Below the pieces are notes generated by a model, which saw only the letters and a program-made list of their open reading frames with translations, was not told where the DNA came from and made no database searches. Positions 44,241-53,965 of a stretch of 58,407 bases of DNA are shown piece after piece. A program made the translations under genes and the position numbers. Numbering within the stretch: the stretch's first letter is position 1; each line of letters begins with the position of its first letter. Source of the stretch: a virus; the IMG/VR virus record IMGVR_UViG_3300045988_099599; one strand, written 5' to 3'.

Positions 44241-44394
44241 AGCTAACTCCACCTTTCCGTATTCCATGCGCATATATCGCAAGCCTTAGGACATACATTT
44301 GCCTTTATTGCTCTTTTGCACATATCCTCCATTTTCAATTTCCTATCATCCTCAATGTCTTTGGCGAATCCGAGTTTTCTCAGGATTTTATGAA

Positions 44395-44700
44395 TCAGTG
44401 ATTCTTTTCGCACTTTATTTTCCCCTTTCTTCTTGCCATCACCATGTGCTTTCCACTTTTCTGCAATTCACCATAAATTGAATCACATATTGCTGATATT
44501 CCAATGTTTCTCGATGGACTCACAAAATAAATTGCATCCGTCTTTTCCCATGTCCTTGTTGGTGCGTGGTAAAATCTTCCGTCTGCTGTCTCTACCATCG
44601 TCTGTTCCTCACATGCTGTAGGTGTGTAGAATTTCACACATATACCTCGTACACCTGATTCACAACATCTGATTTTGTCACCGATATCAAACCTTCTCAT
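44395..44700 (-). CDS. Hypothetical protein
   Basis: Start at MRRFDIGDK behind GGAGGGGAG. ATGA overlap with the upstream stop. Confidence 0.5.
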   Translation of the reverse strand: MRRFDIGDKIRCCESGVRGICVKFYTPTACEEQTMVETADGRFYHAPTRTWEKTDAIYFVSPSRNIGISAICDSIYGELQKSGKHMVMARRKGKIKCEKNH

Positions 44701-44948
44701 TTTCTCTCTCCCCTCCGATACTTCACTTTTCCCTCTTTGATGTATTGCCATAGCTCTTTCCTTAGATTTTTGTCTGTGATGCAGAGAATTTTTCCGGGTT
44801 CCGCCACTCTCGTTTCCACGATATATAGATTATCCGGGAATTCTTTCAAATCAACTTTTTCAGCATCTTCCAAATGCATGATGACTATATACACATTCAA
44901 TAGTTCCAAATGCTCCGCGGTTTTTTCTATGATTTCTTCAAAACTCAT
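44697..44948 (-). CDS. Hypothetical protein
   Basis: 83-aa ORF. Confidence 0.5.
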   Translation of the reverse strand: MSFEEIIEKTAEHLELLNVYIVIMHLEDAEKVDLKEFPDNLYIVETRVAEPGKILCITDKNLRKELWQYIKEGKVKYRRGERK

Positions 44949-45005
44949 TCTTATGTCAGATTTCTCCTTTCCTCATCCATCTTTTCACGTTCCCGATACT
45001 CTTCC

Positions 45006-45248
45006 TCAGTCTTCATTCTCCTTCCATTTCTTCTCGCTGAATTCATCCGGTCCCATGTATGTGTTCCCATCACACTCAACAACTCCACGTCCGTAGTTGT
45101 AAGCACATGCTCGGCAAAGAGGGCGAAATCTATTCATTCCCTTGTATTTACCTTTGGTTATCTTAAACACTGCGACATATGGCTTTGATTTGTGATATCT
45201 GAAATGAGATTTCATTTCACCGCCGCAACACCAACATTTCTCGTTCAT
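45006..45248 (-). CDS. Small Cys-rich (zinc-binding) protein
   Basis: CWCCGG...CRAC. Confidence 0.5.
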   Translation of the reverse strand: MNEKCWCCGGEMKSHFRYHKSKPYVAVFKITKGKYKGMNRFRPLCRACAYNYGRGVVECDGNTYMGPDEFSEKKWKENED

Positions 45249-45358
45249 TCCTGTTAGTTCATAGAAATCTTTTGTATAGTCGTGCTAAATTCCACCATAC
45301 CGAAACGGCTTATCTCTCAGCGTATTCTTCCCTTTCATGTGATTTCTCCTTTTCTTCA

Positions 45359-45784
45359 TCAATCCTCATAGTTCATTACAATTGTAATTACTTTTACAAG
45401 CACTTTCTGAATCTGGTCATAAATGTGGTGGTCATCACTGCCAAAGTGAGAATACAGTCTTGCATCTTTTTTTCCTCTATCATAGCAATCTTTCATAAAC
45501 TCAGAGCAATAGATATCTTTCTCAATGATTTCTCCATATTCTCTCCATACATAAAGAATACGTCCTTCTATCATTTCGTTTACAATATTGTAAGAACGAT
45601 TTCCGCCATTTAAACACTTGATACAGCAATCAATATATCTAAGTTTGTCACAATATCTATATTCTTTTGCTGTTTCTGCCGTATATCCTTTGAATGACTC
45701 TTTTATATGTTCTTCAAAATCTTTCGGAAGGTTGAAAATATCTATTTCAATACCTCTCGGCAATTTAACCATATAACTACTCAT
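45359..45784 (-). CDS. Hypothetical protein
   Basis: 141-aa ORF. Confidence 0.5.
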   Translation of the reverse strand: MSSYMVKLPRGIEIDIFNLPKDFEEHIKESFKGYTAETAKEYRYCDKLRYIDCCIKCLNGGNRSYNIVNEMIEGRILYVWREYGEIIEKDIYCSEFMKDCYDRGKKDARLYSHFGSDDHHIYDQIQKVLVKVITIVMNYED

Positions 45785-45891
45785 AATTCATTCCTTTCTC
45801 GACAACCGACTACCGAATGATAATCGGCTGTCCGATTAACTATTTATCCCACGTCAGAAGCTGACACGCTATTGTGCAGTCCTCCATGACT

Positions 45892-46581
45892 TCATGCTGT
45901 TTTTCTGTCTACAAGCATCTTTATCGCATCTTGCGTTTTCATCCCTTTGCGATGTATCCAATAATATAGAGAGCCCCTACTTACCGAGTACATTTTTGCA
46001 ATTTGTGACAACGTATAACTGCCAGAGTCGATATCATAGTAACGATTATTACGCTTGTTATTTTCCTGCACTTCCATAGAAACCCATCTGCAATTATTTG
46101 GCTCATAATTTCCATTATTGTCAATTCTATCAAGTGTCAGGTTCTTCTCGTATCCGTTCTCGTAAGCCCACTTTGTGAATTCAGCAACACTGTTTTTCCA
46201 CTCATCGCATACAGTTATCCCTCTACCTCCGTAATGTTCATATTCTTTGCAGTTTGGATTGAAGCATCTCTGTTTCATATGACTCCAAGCACTTTGGATT
46301 TTAGTTCCTGTCAAACCGTGTATGCGATATCTGTTATGCTTATTTTCCTCATTCCAGCACCCACACGATTTCGTTTTTCCTTTTCTTACCGGATACGAAC
46401 TTGTTATTATCTCCTTTCCGCAATCACATTTGAACAACCACTTTGCTCCACTGCTTCCTTGCCCAACATAAGATACGGCTGTCAGCCTATTGAATTTCAT
46501 ACCTGTTAAGTCTATAAGACCGGATCTTGGTTTGAATCTACCTTTTTCATCAGTTTCTATTGGATTTTGCTTTAGTGGCAC
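45892..46581 (-). CDS. HNH homing endonuclease
   Basis: LTLDRIDNNGNYEPNNCRWVSMEVQENNK is an HNH_3-type motif. GTG start behind GGAAAGGAG. Confidence 0.75.
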   Translation of the reverse strand: MPLKQNPIETDEKGRFKPRSGLIDLTGMKFNRLTAVSYVGQGSSGAKWLFKCDCGKEIITSSYPVRKGKTKSCGCWNEENKHNRYRIHGLTGTKIQSAWSHMKQRCFNPNCKEYEHYGGRGITVCDEWKNSVAEFTKWAYENGYEKNLTLDRIDNNGNYEPNNCRWVSMEVQENNKRNNRYYDIDSGSYTLSQIAKMYSVSRGSLYYWIHRKGMKTQDAIKMLVDRKTA

Positions 46582-46824
46582 TTGTTACTCCTTTCCATTA
46601 ATCTTCTTTCATCCTGTATAATCTTCGAACCGTTCACAAGCTATTTATGATGTGCTGACAATTTCATCAACGGAAGACTTGGGAAGTTGTGACCATCTAC
46701 ATCAATTAGTGCTACTCTCATGATTTTCTCCACGTTTACAAATATCTAAAGTACAATGCATACATCTTTTGCTCCCAGTCGCACAGAGATAAAAGCTCGT
46801 CAAAATCCTTTGCTGGCATGAACT

Positions 46825-47265
46825 TTATCCCGTAATGCAATCTGGATATGAATTTATATAGTTCTTCAAACATTGCTGCCCCTTGTATTTCTCTATAATT
46901 TCCATGATTGCTTCCATGTGCTTTGATGCTTCTAGGACATCTTCGTCACTTATACTTCGTATACTACCATTTCTTTTCAGCTCTCCAAGTTTGTATATTC
47001 CATCTCGGAGTGTCTTAAAAGCTTCTGCCAGTATCGTTTCTTGTGCAGCATCCTCATTCAGCTCATAGAACTTTTCGTATTTATCATGTTCTCCGAATTT
47101 ATCAGATACAACCTTCGTCCTCTTCGGAGTGATTTTCACAATCTTCGCCGGAATAATCTTGTCATGTCGGAAACAATACAATCCATATTTAATCCCTCTC
47201 GCCACTCCAACAATATCTCCAACTTTCAGTGAATTTCGGTCTATCTCTTTTAATTCGATTTTCAT
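46825..47265 (-). CDS. Hypothetical protein
   Basis: 146-aa ORF. Confidence 0.5.
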   Translation of the reverse strand: MKIELKEIDRNSLKVGDIVGVARGIKYGLYCFRHDKIIPAKIVKITPKRTKVVSDKFGEHDKYEKFYELNEDAAQETILAEAFKTLRDGIYKLGELKRNGSIRSISDEDVLEASKHMEAIMEIIEKYKGQQCLKNYINSYPDCITG

Positions 47266-47283
47266 TCCGTACCTCCGATAAAA

Positions 47284-47961
47284 TCAAATATATCCATCTG
47301 TCCCTGCTGTTCCCATGTTTCCGTACAAATTCCACAAGTTTTCAGTGCATCCTTGTACTTCACCCCATTGTTCTCCAGATTCATGCAAATACGGTAGTGT
47401 TTCGGATGTGTCAAATTCTGTGTCCAGCAGGAATCTCCACTTTTTCGGTAGTACGCCGAACTTTCCACGCTCGTCACCATTAAGTAAATAATTTCTGTAT
47501 CTATCCGAAAGTTTTCCGTGCCGTAATTTCTGTATTTTTAATGCCGCTTCCTTAGAAACCAGAGGAAAACCACACTCTGTTACGATATCCTTGAATAGAA
47601 TACGTTCTCCCTCTTTGTCTTCTGGGAAGCGTTTCTTTCTCTTATTTCTCGGATAGATCGTCACGAACACACCAGACTCTTCCGCTTTTCTTGCAAATCT
47701 CACGATTTCCGGAAATTCAAGGCCGGTGTTGGAAAATACTGCCGGCACTTCCTTCCCAAGCGATTTGCGGACTTTTTGAAGCAATACAGTACTGTCCAGT
47801 CCGCCGGAATAACTTACATACACCTGACCGCCCCAGTTTTCGTACCATTCGACAATCCTGGTGTCGGTCAACCGGTTCTTAGTTTCATAATCCAGATATT
47901 TTCGCTGAGCGAACTGCCATTCGTTCAGCTTCAAATCATCTTCTTGTATATACATTTCCAA
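47284..47961 (-). CDS. PAPS-reductase-family (PP-loop) protein, apparently truncated by an internal deletion
   Basis: YVSYSGGLDSTVLL is a PP-loop. After ...KKWRFLLDTEF the frame degenerates, while the overlapping frame (47262..47480) carries a family-like C-terminal end (LTHPKHYRICMN...MDIFDFIG). Confidence 0.6.
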   Translation of the reverse strand: MEMYIQEDDLKLNEWQFAQRKYLDYETKNRLTDTRIVEWYENWGGQVYVSYSGGLDSTVLLQKVRKSLGKEVPAVFSNTGLEFPEIVRFARKAEESGVFVTIYPRNKRKKRFPEDKEGERILFKDIVTECGFPLVSKEAALKIQKLRHGKLSDRYRNYLLNGDERGKFGVLPKKWRFLLDTEFDTSETLPYLHESGEQWGEVQGCTENLWNLYGNMGTAGTDGYI

Positions 47962-47964
47962 CTC

Positions 47965-48813
47965 CTAAATAAAATCTGATATTTCCATCTGCTGTTCCTG
48001 TTCATCTGCAAGCATTTCATTTTTTGCCCTTGTGTAGAAATTCCGATCAATCTCAAATCCAAAAGCGTTTCTTCCAAGGTTTCTAGCTGCCCTCAGTGTA
48101 CTTCCAGATCCACAACACGGATCAATCACCACGTCTCCTGGATCCGTAAACGTCTGAATTAGTCGTTCCAACAGTTTTACTGGTTTCTGCGCCGGGTGAA
48201 TTTTGGGAATCTCTTTCCCATCCTTTTCCCATGTAAACCAATTGAACACCATGTGACCTGTTCCACGAATGGTTTTCCCGTATTCATCGAATTGTGCGCC
48301 ATTTCTGAATTTCGGTAACTTGTCCCGGTACAAGACAAGCGCATACTCCGTTGCGCCTACAATTCGCATATTTGCTTTTAACACCTGCGGACTGTAGTTT
48401 TTCACGAACACTAACGGCATATATTTTTGGAATCCATGTTTCTTTGCTGCGTGAATCAGCGTGTTGATCTGTTCAAATGAGCAAAATACGATCATGCACG
48501 GAGCATCAGAACTTCTGCCACGTTTTCCGGCTTTCTTCGGCTCTTTTTTCAACATTTTCGAGCAGAAATGGAAGTATTCATACAAGTTGAAGTTGAAGTC
48601 GGAATTAAATGCCGCTTTCTTTGCCAACTTGCTTTCTCCATTCCTGTTGTCCCCCCCTGCGTACCACATGGGGTTACTTCCGTAAAAGTTATTGCCGATA
48701 TTGTACGGTACATCCGCTATAATCAACTGTGCCGGTTTAATCGCATATTTTTTATAATTTTGCATCGAGTCTCTATAGATCTCACATTTTAATCTTTTTC
48801 CTCTTTGTTCCAT
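47965..48813 (-). CDS. Orphan DNA methyltransferase (N6-adenine/N4-cytosine class)
   Basis: IIADVPYN is a DPPY-like motif IV. VIDPCCGSGSTLRAA is the AdoMet-binding motif I. Confidence 0.8.
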   Translation of the reverse strand: MEQRGKRLKCEIYRDSMQNYKKYAIKPAQLIIADVPYNIGNNFYGSNPMWYAGGDNRNGESKLAKKAAFNSDFNFNLYEYFHFCSKMLKKEPKKAGKRGRSSDAPCMIVFCSFEQINTLIHAAKKHGFQKYMPLVFVKNYSPQVLKANMRIVGATEYALVLYRDKLPKFRNGAQFDEYGKTIRGTGHMVFNWFTWEKDGKEIPKIHPAQKPVKLLERLIQTFTDPGDVVIDPCCGSGSTLRAARNLGRNAFGFEIDRNFYTRAKNEMLADEQEQQMEISDFI

Positions 48814-48962
48814 TTTTCGAAAGGAGCTGATATATCTTTGCCCGGCCGGAGCTCCGTCTCCTTTCCTATTCTTTTTCTTCTAATTTTTCACACAGTTCCC
48901 GCATTTCGCAGGCATTACACTTTTTGTCACCTTCCCAGTCATGTTCCAGCGACAGATCCTCT

Positions 48963-49208
48963 TCATCGTTCATGATCTATCTCCCTTGCCAGCTTGAACG
49001 CAATTCTTGCAACATTCCGCAGGTTATCGGTTACCAGCGACTTGTTCGGCATACCGGTACATTTGATGTAATTCCAGTATTTTCCACACCGTTCAGAATC
49101 TTTGTAATCTTCTGGTTCCAGTTCGACACATTCAGCCATGTGATCTAATTCATCTTTTGTGACCTTCAAACAACCGATCATATAACCTATTTTTTCGTCT
49201 GTTCTCAC
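48963..49208 (-). CDS. Hypothetical protein
   Basis: 81-aa ORF. Confidence 0.5.
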   Translation of the reverse strand: MRTDEKIGYMIGCLKVTKDELDHMAECVELEPEDYKDSERCGKYWNYIKCTGMPNKSLVTDNLRNVARIAFKLAREIDHER

Positions 49209-49280
49209 GCTTCTTCTCCCTCTTTTCTTTCCACCGTCTCAGGTACTCGATTTGTTCCTGATCTTCCTTTTCCTGTTCGG

Positions 49281-50120
49281 TCACTCGCCAACCTCCCTGA
49301 TTTTAATGCCGGTGCATTCTTCAAAAATCTCACCGTCAAAATTTGGTATCGCTTTTATTATGGATTTATAAGTTTCCGACAGTCCGTCCCACCAAATTTG
49401 TGCACTTTCAGATTCATCAAGCACTCTGAGATAACCGCCTGTTGCTTCATAAGTTGGGTGCGCTGCCTTTTCTTCATCAGTCATATTTTCTTCGTACACC
49501 CATTCAACAACATTTTTCGGTATCTGATTCAGTAAATATCTTGCATCCGATCTAAGCCAATCGTTATAAGTCATATTTGACGGTTTATTGAATAACATAA
49601 TCTTCTGTTCTTCTGTATTAAAACAACCAGTATTGCAAGAAGATTTGTTCCAGTCCCCGGTGTTCCTGTTCCCGGTGTTACAGTCCCCGGTGTTCCAGTC
49701 CCCGGTGTTCCTGTTCCCGGTGTTCCAGTCCCCGGTGTTCCAGAGTCCGGTGTTACAGTCCCCGGTGTTACAGTCCCCGGTGTTACAGAGTCCGGTGCAA
49801 TCTTTTCCGGTATTTACTATAGTCAGAAGCTCCTGCCATGGAATCTCTCTTACGATTTCTAACTTATTTGTGCAACACTTATTGCCAACTTCTACAACGT
49901 CCCCGTACGCAACGACTTCTGCTACTTTATTTTTCGGATTGAAATTATAGTAATTAAAACAGTCTGCTGCTTTTCTGCAAAAGTGCATCCCACGTCCGCA
50001 TCTTACCGGTGTTATATCTTCTTCGAATTTCCCAGGACAAGTGTATTGCTTTGTATTTCCACAAGGACTACATGTCCAGTCCTTATTAAAGACTTTGTAT
50101 CCTCTAACAAATTTATCCAT
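49281..50120 (-). CDS. Protein with a Cys-rich N-domain and an NTGxx pentapeptide repeat array
   Basis: GYKVFNKDWTC...GMHFC at the N-terminus, then NTGKDCTGLCNTGDCNTGDCNTGLWNTGDWNTGNRNTGDWNTGDCNTGNRNTGDWN. Confidence 0.7.
   Translation of the reverse strand: MDKFVRGYKVFNKDWTCSPCGNTKQYTCPGKFEEDITPVRCGRGMHFCRKAADCFNYYNFNPKNKVAEVVAYGDVVEVGNKCCTNKLEIVREIPWQELLTIVNTGKDCTGLCNTGDCNTGDCNTGLWNTGDWNTGNRNTGDWNTGDCNTGNRNTGDWNKSSCNTGCFNTEEQKIMLFNKPSNMTYNDWLRSDARYLLNQIPKNVVEWVYEENMTDEEKAAHPTYEATGGYLRVLDESESAQIWWDGLSETYKSIIKAIPNFDGEIFEECTGIKIREVGE
49627..49815 (-). repeat. Tandem 15-bp repeats encoding NTG(D/N/L)(C/W/R) pentapeptides (about 12 units)
   Basis: The plus strand repeats units like CAGTCCCCGGTGTTC / CTGTTCCCGGTGTTA. 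Confidence 0.85.
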
Positions 50121-50784
50121 TTCTTAATTCCTCCACTTTTTTTCTTAACTTTTCAGGCATTCTCGTTTTATCGACAGATGTTTCAAGAAAATTTACTACC
50201 TTTTGATCTTCTTTACTTTTATCTATCATCCTCTTATTTACACCTTCCAGTCTTTCTGATTCAGAGTTTTTGTTCACCTGTCGGATGAGTTCTTTTATTC
50301 CATCCGGAAGTTTCTGAATTTCTTTCTGCCTTTCCATTTCTGTCCTGTAATTCCTCATGAAATTCGACGCTCTGACTTCATGATTCGGATTTTCTTCAAG
50401 TGCCCAGTCTCTCAGCTGACTTGGACGACCCACAGCTTTTTGAATTAAATTCGGGAGTTTTTCAAATTCTTCCATGTAATTCAACCCGCTTCTGTTGACA
50501 GCTTGTTGAACTATTGAATACGCCTCTTGCTCATTCAATTCTTTTGGACGAGTTATTAGATTGATTTTCTCAATCAGTTGTCCAGGAGACGGGGCGAACC
50601 CCCTGGTTTCCGTCCTGACGTAAGCGATCAAAGCCATTTCAACATCCGAATATCTAAAGTCCTGTAAAATCATGTTCCAGGTATCTAGTGTAAACGTCTT
50701 ATTTTCAATATGAAAATTCGGAAAAACGGACTGTATTGCCATAAGGATTTTTTTTGTCTCATCTCTCGTCATGCTTCCATCCAC
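50113..50784 (-). CDS. G39P-like helicase loader/inhibitor family protein
   Basis: KILMAIQSVFPNFHIENKTFTLDTWNMILQDF...FAPSPGQLIEKI resembles the SPP1 G39P family. It follows the replisome organiser. Confidence 0.55.
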   Translation of the reverse strand: MDGSMTRDETKKILMAIQSVFPNFHIENKTFTLDTWNMILQDFRYSDVEMALIAYVRTETRGFAPSPGQLIEKINLITRPKELNEQEAYSIVQQAVNRSGLNYMEEFEKLPNLIQKAVGRPSQLRDWALEENPNHEVRASNFMRNYRTEMERQKEIQKLPDGIKELIRQVNKNSESERLEGVNKRMIDKSKEDQKVVNFLETSVDKTRMPEKLRKKVEELRNG

Positions 50785-51311
50785 CCGCTGAATTGCTGCT
50801 CTTCCTTTTTCTTTCTCCCGTTTCCTTGATATTTTGAATAATTCAAAACAGAAACAACGGTTCCCTCTGGCATTACCGAAGTCTGGATCATATCGTTCCT
50901 TTTCAATAACTCAAGAAACCTCTGAACCTTTCCGCGACTCCATCCCCAACGATCTGCCAGTTCGTTCGAAGTAGTAAACAAACTCCCACGGTAGATCATA
51001 AAAACATTGTTTCCGATCACTTTCTTTTTGTCTTCTCTGTTCGCAGTAAGAACAAGATCCATGAAAGCCCTTGCTTTGTCATACGGTTGTTCTTTCCATA
51101 ACCAGTGATCCATAATCTGTCTGTGAATTTTTACCCATCCTGTCATTTTGTTCACCCCTTTCAAGAATTCTTCCAAATCATCCACGACAAAGAATACGCA
51201 CAAGAAACTTATCAAGAATGTGAAAAATATATCCTTTGGCAAATACGCATATTTCCAGAACGGCTGTATGATAACTGCTGCCAAAATGGAAATTATGATA
51301 TTCTTTACCAT
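50769..51311 (-). CDS. Replisome organiser / DnaD-like winged-helix replication initiator
   Basis: WVKIHRQIMDHWLWK...ELADRWGWSRGKVQRFLELLKRNDMI. The start may instead be MTGWVK (ATG 51146). Confidence 0.55.
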   Translation of the reverse strand: MVKNIIISILAAVIIQPFWKYAYLPKDIFFTFLISFLCVFFVVDDLEEFLKGVNKMTGWVKIHRQIMDHWLWKEQPYDKARAFMDLVLTANREDKKKVIGNNVFMIYRGSLFTTSNELADRWGWSRGKVQRFLELLKRNDMIQTSVMPEGTVVSVLNYSKYQGNGRKKKEEQQFSGWMEA

Positions 51312-51322
51312 GTAACCGCCTC

Positions 51323-51763
51323 CTAACTGAATGGAAGTTCATCATCTATGCCGTCCGGAATTTTCATAAATCCATTGTCTTTATCTTCGCCATACGGTGA
51401 AATTTCTGGCTGCCGATTGCTCTCCTGCTGATTAATTGCTTCTGATCTACTTTGTGCAATCTCATGTTCCTCAACAACAACATCTGTGGTATAGACTTTC
51501 TGACCATCTCTGTTTGTGTAGCTTCCTGTCTGGATTCTTCCTGAGACAGCGACTCTCAAACCTTTTGTGAAGTATTTCTCGGCAAATTCAGCAATTTTTC
51601 CGAATGATATGCAGTTAATAAAATCCGCTGTAGCTTCACCGTCTTTCTTAAATTTCCTGTCGACTGCCAGTGTATATCTGCATACCGCCATGCTGTTATC
51701 TGCGCCACTGTATCTAGTTTCCGGATCCCTTACCAGTCTGCCGAGCATAATAACTTTATTCAT
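51323..51763 (-). CDS. ssb: Single-stranded DNA-binding protein
   Basis: OB-fold N-terminus MNKVIMLGRLVRDPETRY and an acidic tail DDELPFS. Confidence 0.9.
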   Translation of the reverse strand: MNKVIMLGRLVRDPETRYSGADNSMAVCRYTLAVDRKFKKDGEATADFINCISFGKIAEFAEKYFTKGLRVAVSGRIQTGSYTNRDGQKVYTTDVVVEEHEIAQSRSEAINQQESNRQPEISPYGEDKDNGFMKIPDGIDDELPFS

Positions 51764-52154
51764 TTTCTTCTGCCTCCTCGATTATCACTTCTACTCTTGG
51801 GTTTTGTTTGTCAATCGCAAATTCAAGAGTAGGAGTCAATACATCATCATAGCCATCATTGCGGATAACTTTACATTTCTGTAAGGCATCCTCGAACGAT
51901 TTGATAAAAGCTGATGCCGTGTTCATGCGATCATGCATCTTATTTTCTACAAAAAATGCATAATGGATAATTACAGGTTTACAAATTTGAATACCATTCA
52001 ACTCTTTACTCAACTTAATGAATTTTGCACACAGTGCATCGTTTCTGTTTTTTACAGGATTTCTATATTTCTTTGTCCGGTAATCGTATATCTTACCGGA
52101 CAAAAGTTCATTTAACCCGCTCTTAAACCCTTTTACCGTCACATGGTATTTCAC
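51756..52154 (-). CDS. RusA-like Holliday-junction resolvase
   Basis: 132 aa. DRMNTASAFIKSFEDALQKCKVIRNDGYD fits the RusA D..N..K...DAL pattern. Confidence 0.55.
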   Translation of the reverse strand: MKYHVTVKGFKSGLNELLSGKIYDYRTKKYRNPVKNRNDALCAKFIKLSKELNGIQICKPVIIHYAFFVENKMHDRMNTASAFIKSFEDALQKCKVIRNDGYDDVLTPTLEFAIDKQNPRVEVIIEEAEENE

Positions 52155-52990
52155 TTCTTATCACCTTTTTCTTTCTCTTCTTCCTCGGCTTTCATCAGTT
52201 CGGAAATCTGGCTCACTGTCTTCGGCTGCTCAAACCAGTCAGACACGGTGGTTTCTTTCTGATTGATACCGTTATAGATGCCAATGTAATCAGAAACTTC
52301 TTCTGGTGACATTGCTTCTACCTTGTGATTCAGACGTTTTTCAAGCATCTCCTGAGTGACACCTTTTTTCTGGAAGTAGACAACCAACTGCTTGATACGG
52401 TCTGCAAGTGGCATGTCATTTCCACCGGCAAGCGTTTTCTTGCACTCTTTGATGCAGTCTTCAACCAAATCTGGTGGAAGAATAGCCAAAATCCTGCTTC
52501 GAAGTCTTCTCGCACCCTCGTTTGCCGTCTTTTCATAGATATCTCTCTGTGATGTCAGCTTGTTGGTTCCATACTTTGTTTCTCTCACATGTTCAACTGT
52601 GAAATTCTGACTTGAAACCGTGTTTGTTTCCAGATCCCATGCATACGCTTGCATTTCAGATCTTCCTTCTTCATGAGACAGTTCCTTAATTCCGTAGTCC
52701 ATGTTTCCGTAGCAGCGACTCATCTCCTCAGCAAATCTAATGGTTACTCCGTTTACTGTTTCTTTTCCTCTCGGGTAACTAAAAAATGCTTTCTCCGCAA
52801 ATCCTTTTCTCTGGCAAGCCTGAATCGCAGCTGCATAACAAGCTGTATAGTTTCGTGGAAACTGTTTTGCCAGTAACAGTTTTCCTTGCGCTTCTGTAAT
52901 TGCCCGGCTTGATTCGATAGCCACAGCTCCCTGGTTCACATCTCCATATACCGGTGTCATTTTGTTGAATTCAACAATTTCGTTTGCCAT
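52151..52990 (-). CDS. RecT-family single-strand annealing protein
   Basis: 279 aa adjacent to an exonuclease gene, with general RecT-like sequence. Confidence 0.65.
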   Translation of the reverse strand: MANEIVEFNKMTPVYGDVNQGAVAIESSRAITEAQGKLLLAKQFPRNYTACYAAAIQACQRKGFAEKAFFSYPRGKETVNGVTIRFAEEMSRCYGNMDYGIKELSHEEGRSEMQAYAWDLETNTVSSQNFTVEHVRETKYGTNKLTSQRDIYEKTANEGARRLRSRILAILPPDLVEDCIKECKKTLAGGNDMPLADRIKQLVVYFQKKGVTQEMLEKRLNHKVEAMSPEEVSDYIGIYNGINQKETTVSDWFEQPKTVSQISELMKAEEEEKEKGDKK

Positions 52991-53001
52991 TTTCTTTCCT
53001 C

Positions 53002-53814
53002 CTACTCAAATTCTTTCTGTAACCACTTCGGCAATCCGAGATTCTGAATATCTCCAGATTCACCCATGTAGCCGTACCAGTTGTCTGTTACCTTGCACTC
53101 ATGGTAAATGTCCATCAGGTCATGGAATAACTGTTTTCCCTCTTTCACCATGAATTCATCCGCTTGCAAAATATTGATTGCATACGGCTCTTTCTTTTCC
53201 TGTGCGATAAACAGGAAGATTGCATCCTGACCGGTGTTCGCTTTGTACCCCTCAAGATACATACCTGCTTGCAGATCGTATCCATATTTAATCGCTGATG
53301 ACCGGAATGCTTCTGTTTCTGCATTGTCTGTAGTCTTATAATCAACCAAAATGTGTTGATCTCCGATCACTACAATGTCGTCCGGTCGGCACTTGCACTC
53401 TTCTCCCGTTGCCTCGTCTGTCCAAAAGAAAGAGATTTCGTGTTCTCCCTGTAATAACCTGTCGGCGAACTTGTTTTCGTGAACAACTGCTGCCGTTATC
53501 ATAATTTTTTCAAATTCATCCTTTGAGATTAAATCTTTTCCTGCGTTTTCTGACAAGAATGCTTCATATTCTTCTTTTCCGGCTTTTGTTCGCCGATTAA
53601 TATCCGGCATTACAGCGAACTCTTCGTAAAAACTTTCTTTTTCAAGAACGTACTTATGACACGCTCTTCCAAAAATCAGTGAAGGTGTTTCACGTTCTCT
53701 ATTTTCCATTGCCCATTTAAAGTGCAATGGAGATTTCGTGATTTTGAACAGGTCTGATTTGCTGATTGCTGGATGGGACCGGTACTCACTTTGTGGTATC
53801 TTTACTCCTGCCAT
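53002..53814 (-). CDS. PD-(D/E)XK exonuclease (RecE/YqaJ/Cas4-like recombination partner)
   Basis: CRPDDIVV...ILVDYKTT has the D...(D/E)xK core. Confidence 0.7.
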   Translation of the reverse strand: MAGVKIPQSEYRSHPAISKSDLFKITKSPLHFKWAMENRERETPSLIFGRACHKYVLEKESFYEEFAVMPDINRRTKAGKEEYEAFLSENAGKDLISKDEFEKIMITAAVVHENKFADRLLQGEHEISFFWTDEATGEECKCRPDDIVVIGDQHILVDYKTTDNAETEAFRSSAIKYGYDLQAGMYLEGYKANTGQDAIFLFIAQEKKEPYAINILQADEFMVKEGKQLFHDLMDIYHECKVTDNWYGYMGESGDIQNLGLPKWLQKEFE

Positions 53815-53815
53815 A

Positions 53816-53965
53816 TCACAACTCCTTTACAAATGTCTGGCACTCTCTTTCCTCACCGATTTTGATTGCCAGTTCATTGACCCTGTTTTTTTCTGCATCG
53901 GTACTAAATCTGTACGTTCCGTATGGAATTTCCAGTTTACCGAATACCATTATGATTTGTGCCAT
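53816..53965 (-). CDS. Small hypothetical protein (49 aa)
   Basis: Hand translation begins MAQIIMVFGKLEIPYGTYRFSTDAEKNRVNELAIKIGEERECQTFVKEL. It is tightly packed. Confidence 0.35.
   Translation of the reverse strand: MAQIIMVFGKLEIPYGTYRFSTDAEKNRVNELAIKIGEERECQTFVKEL

Noticed and set aside
49627-49815. The tandem repeats as a CRISPR array
   Set aside because: The units are 15 bp, contiguous with no spacers, and in frame within a long ORF.
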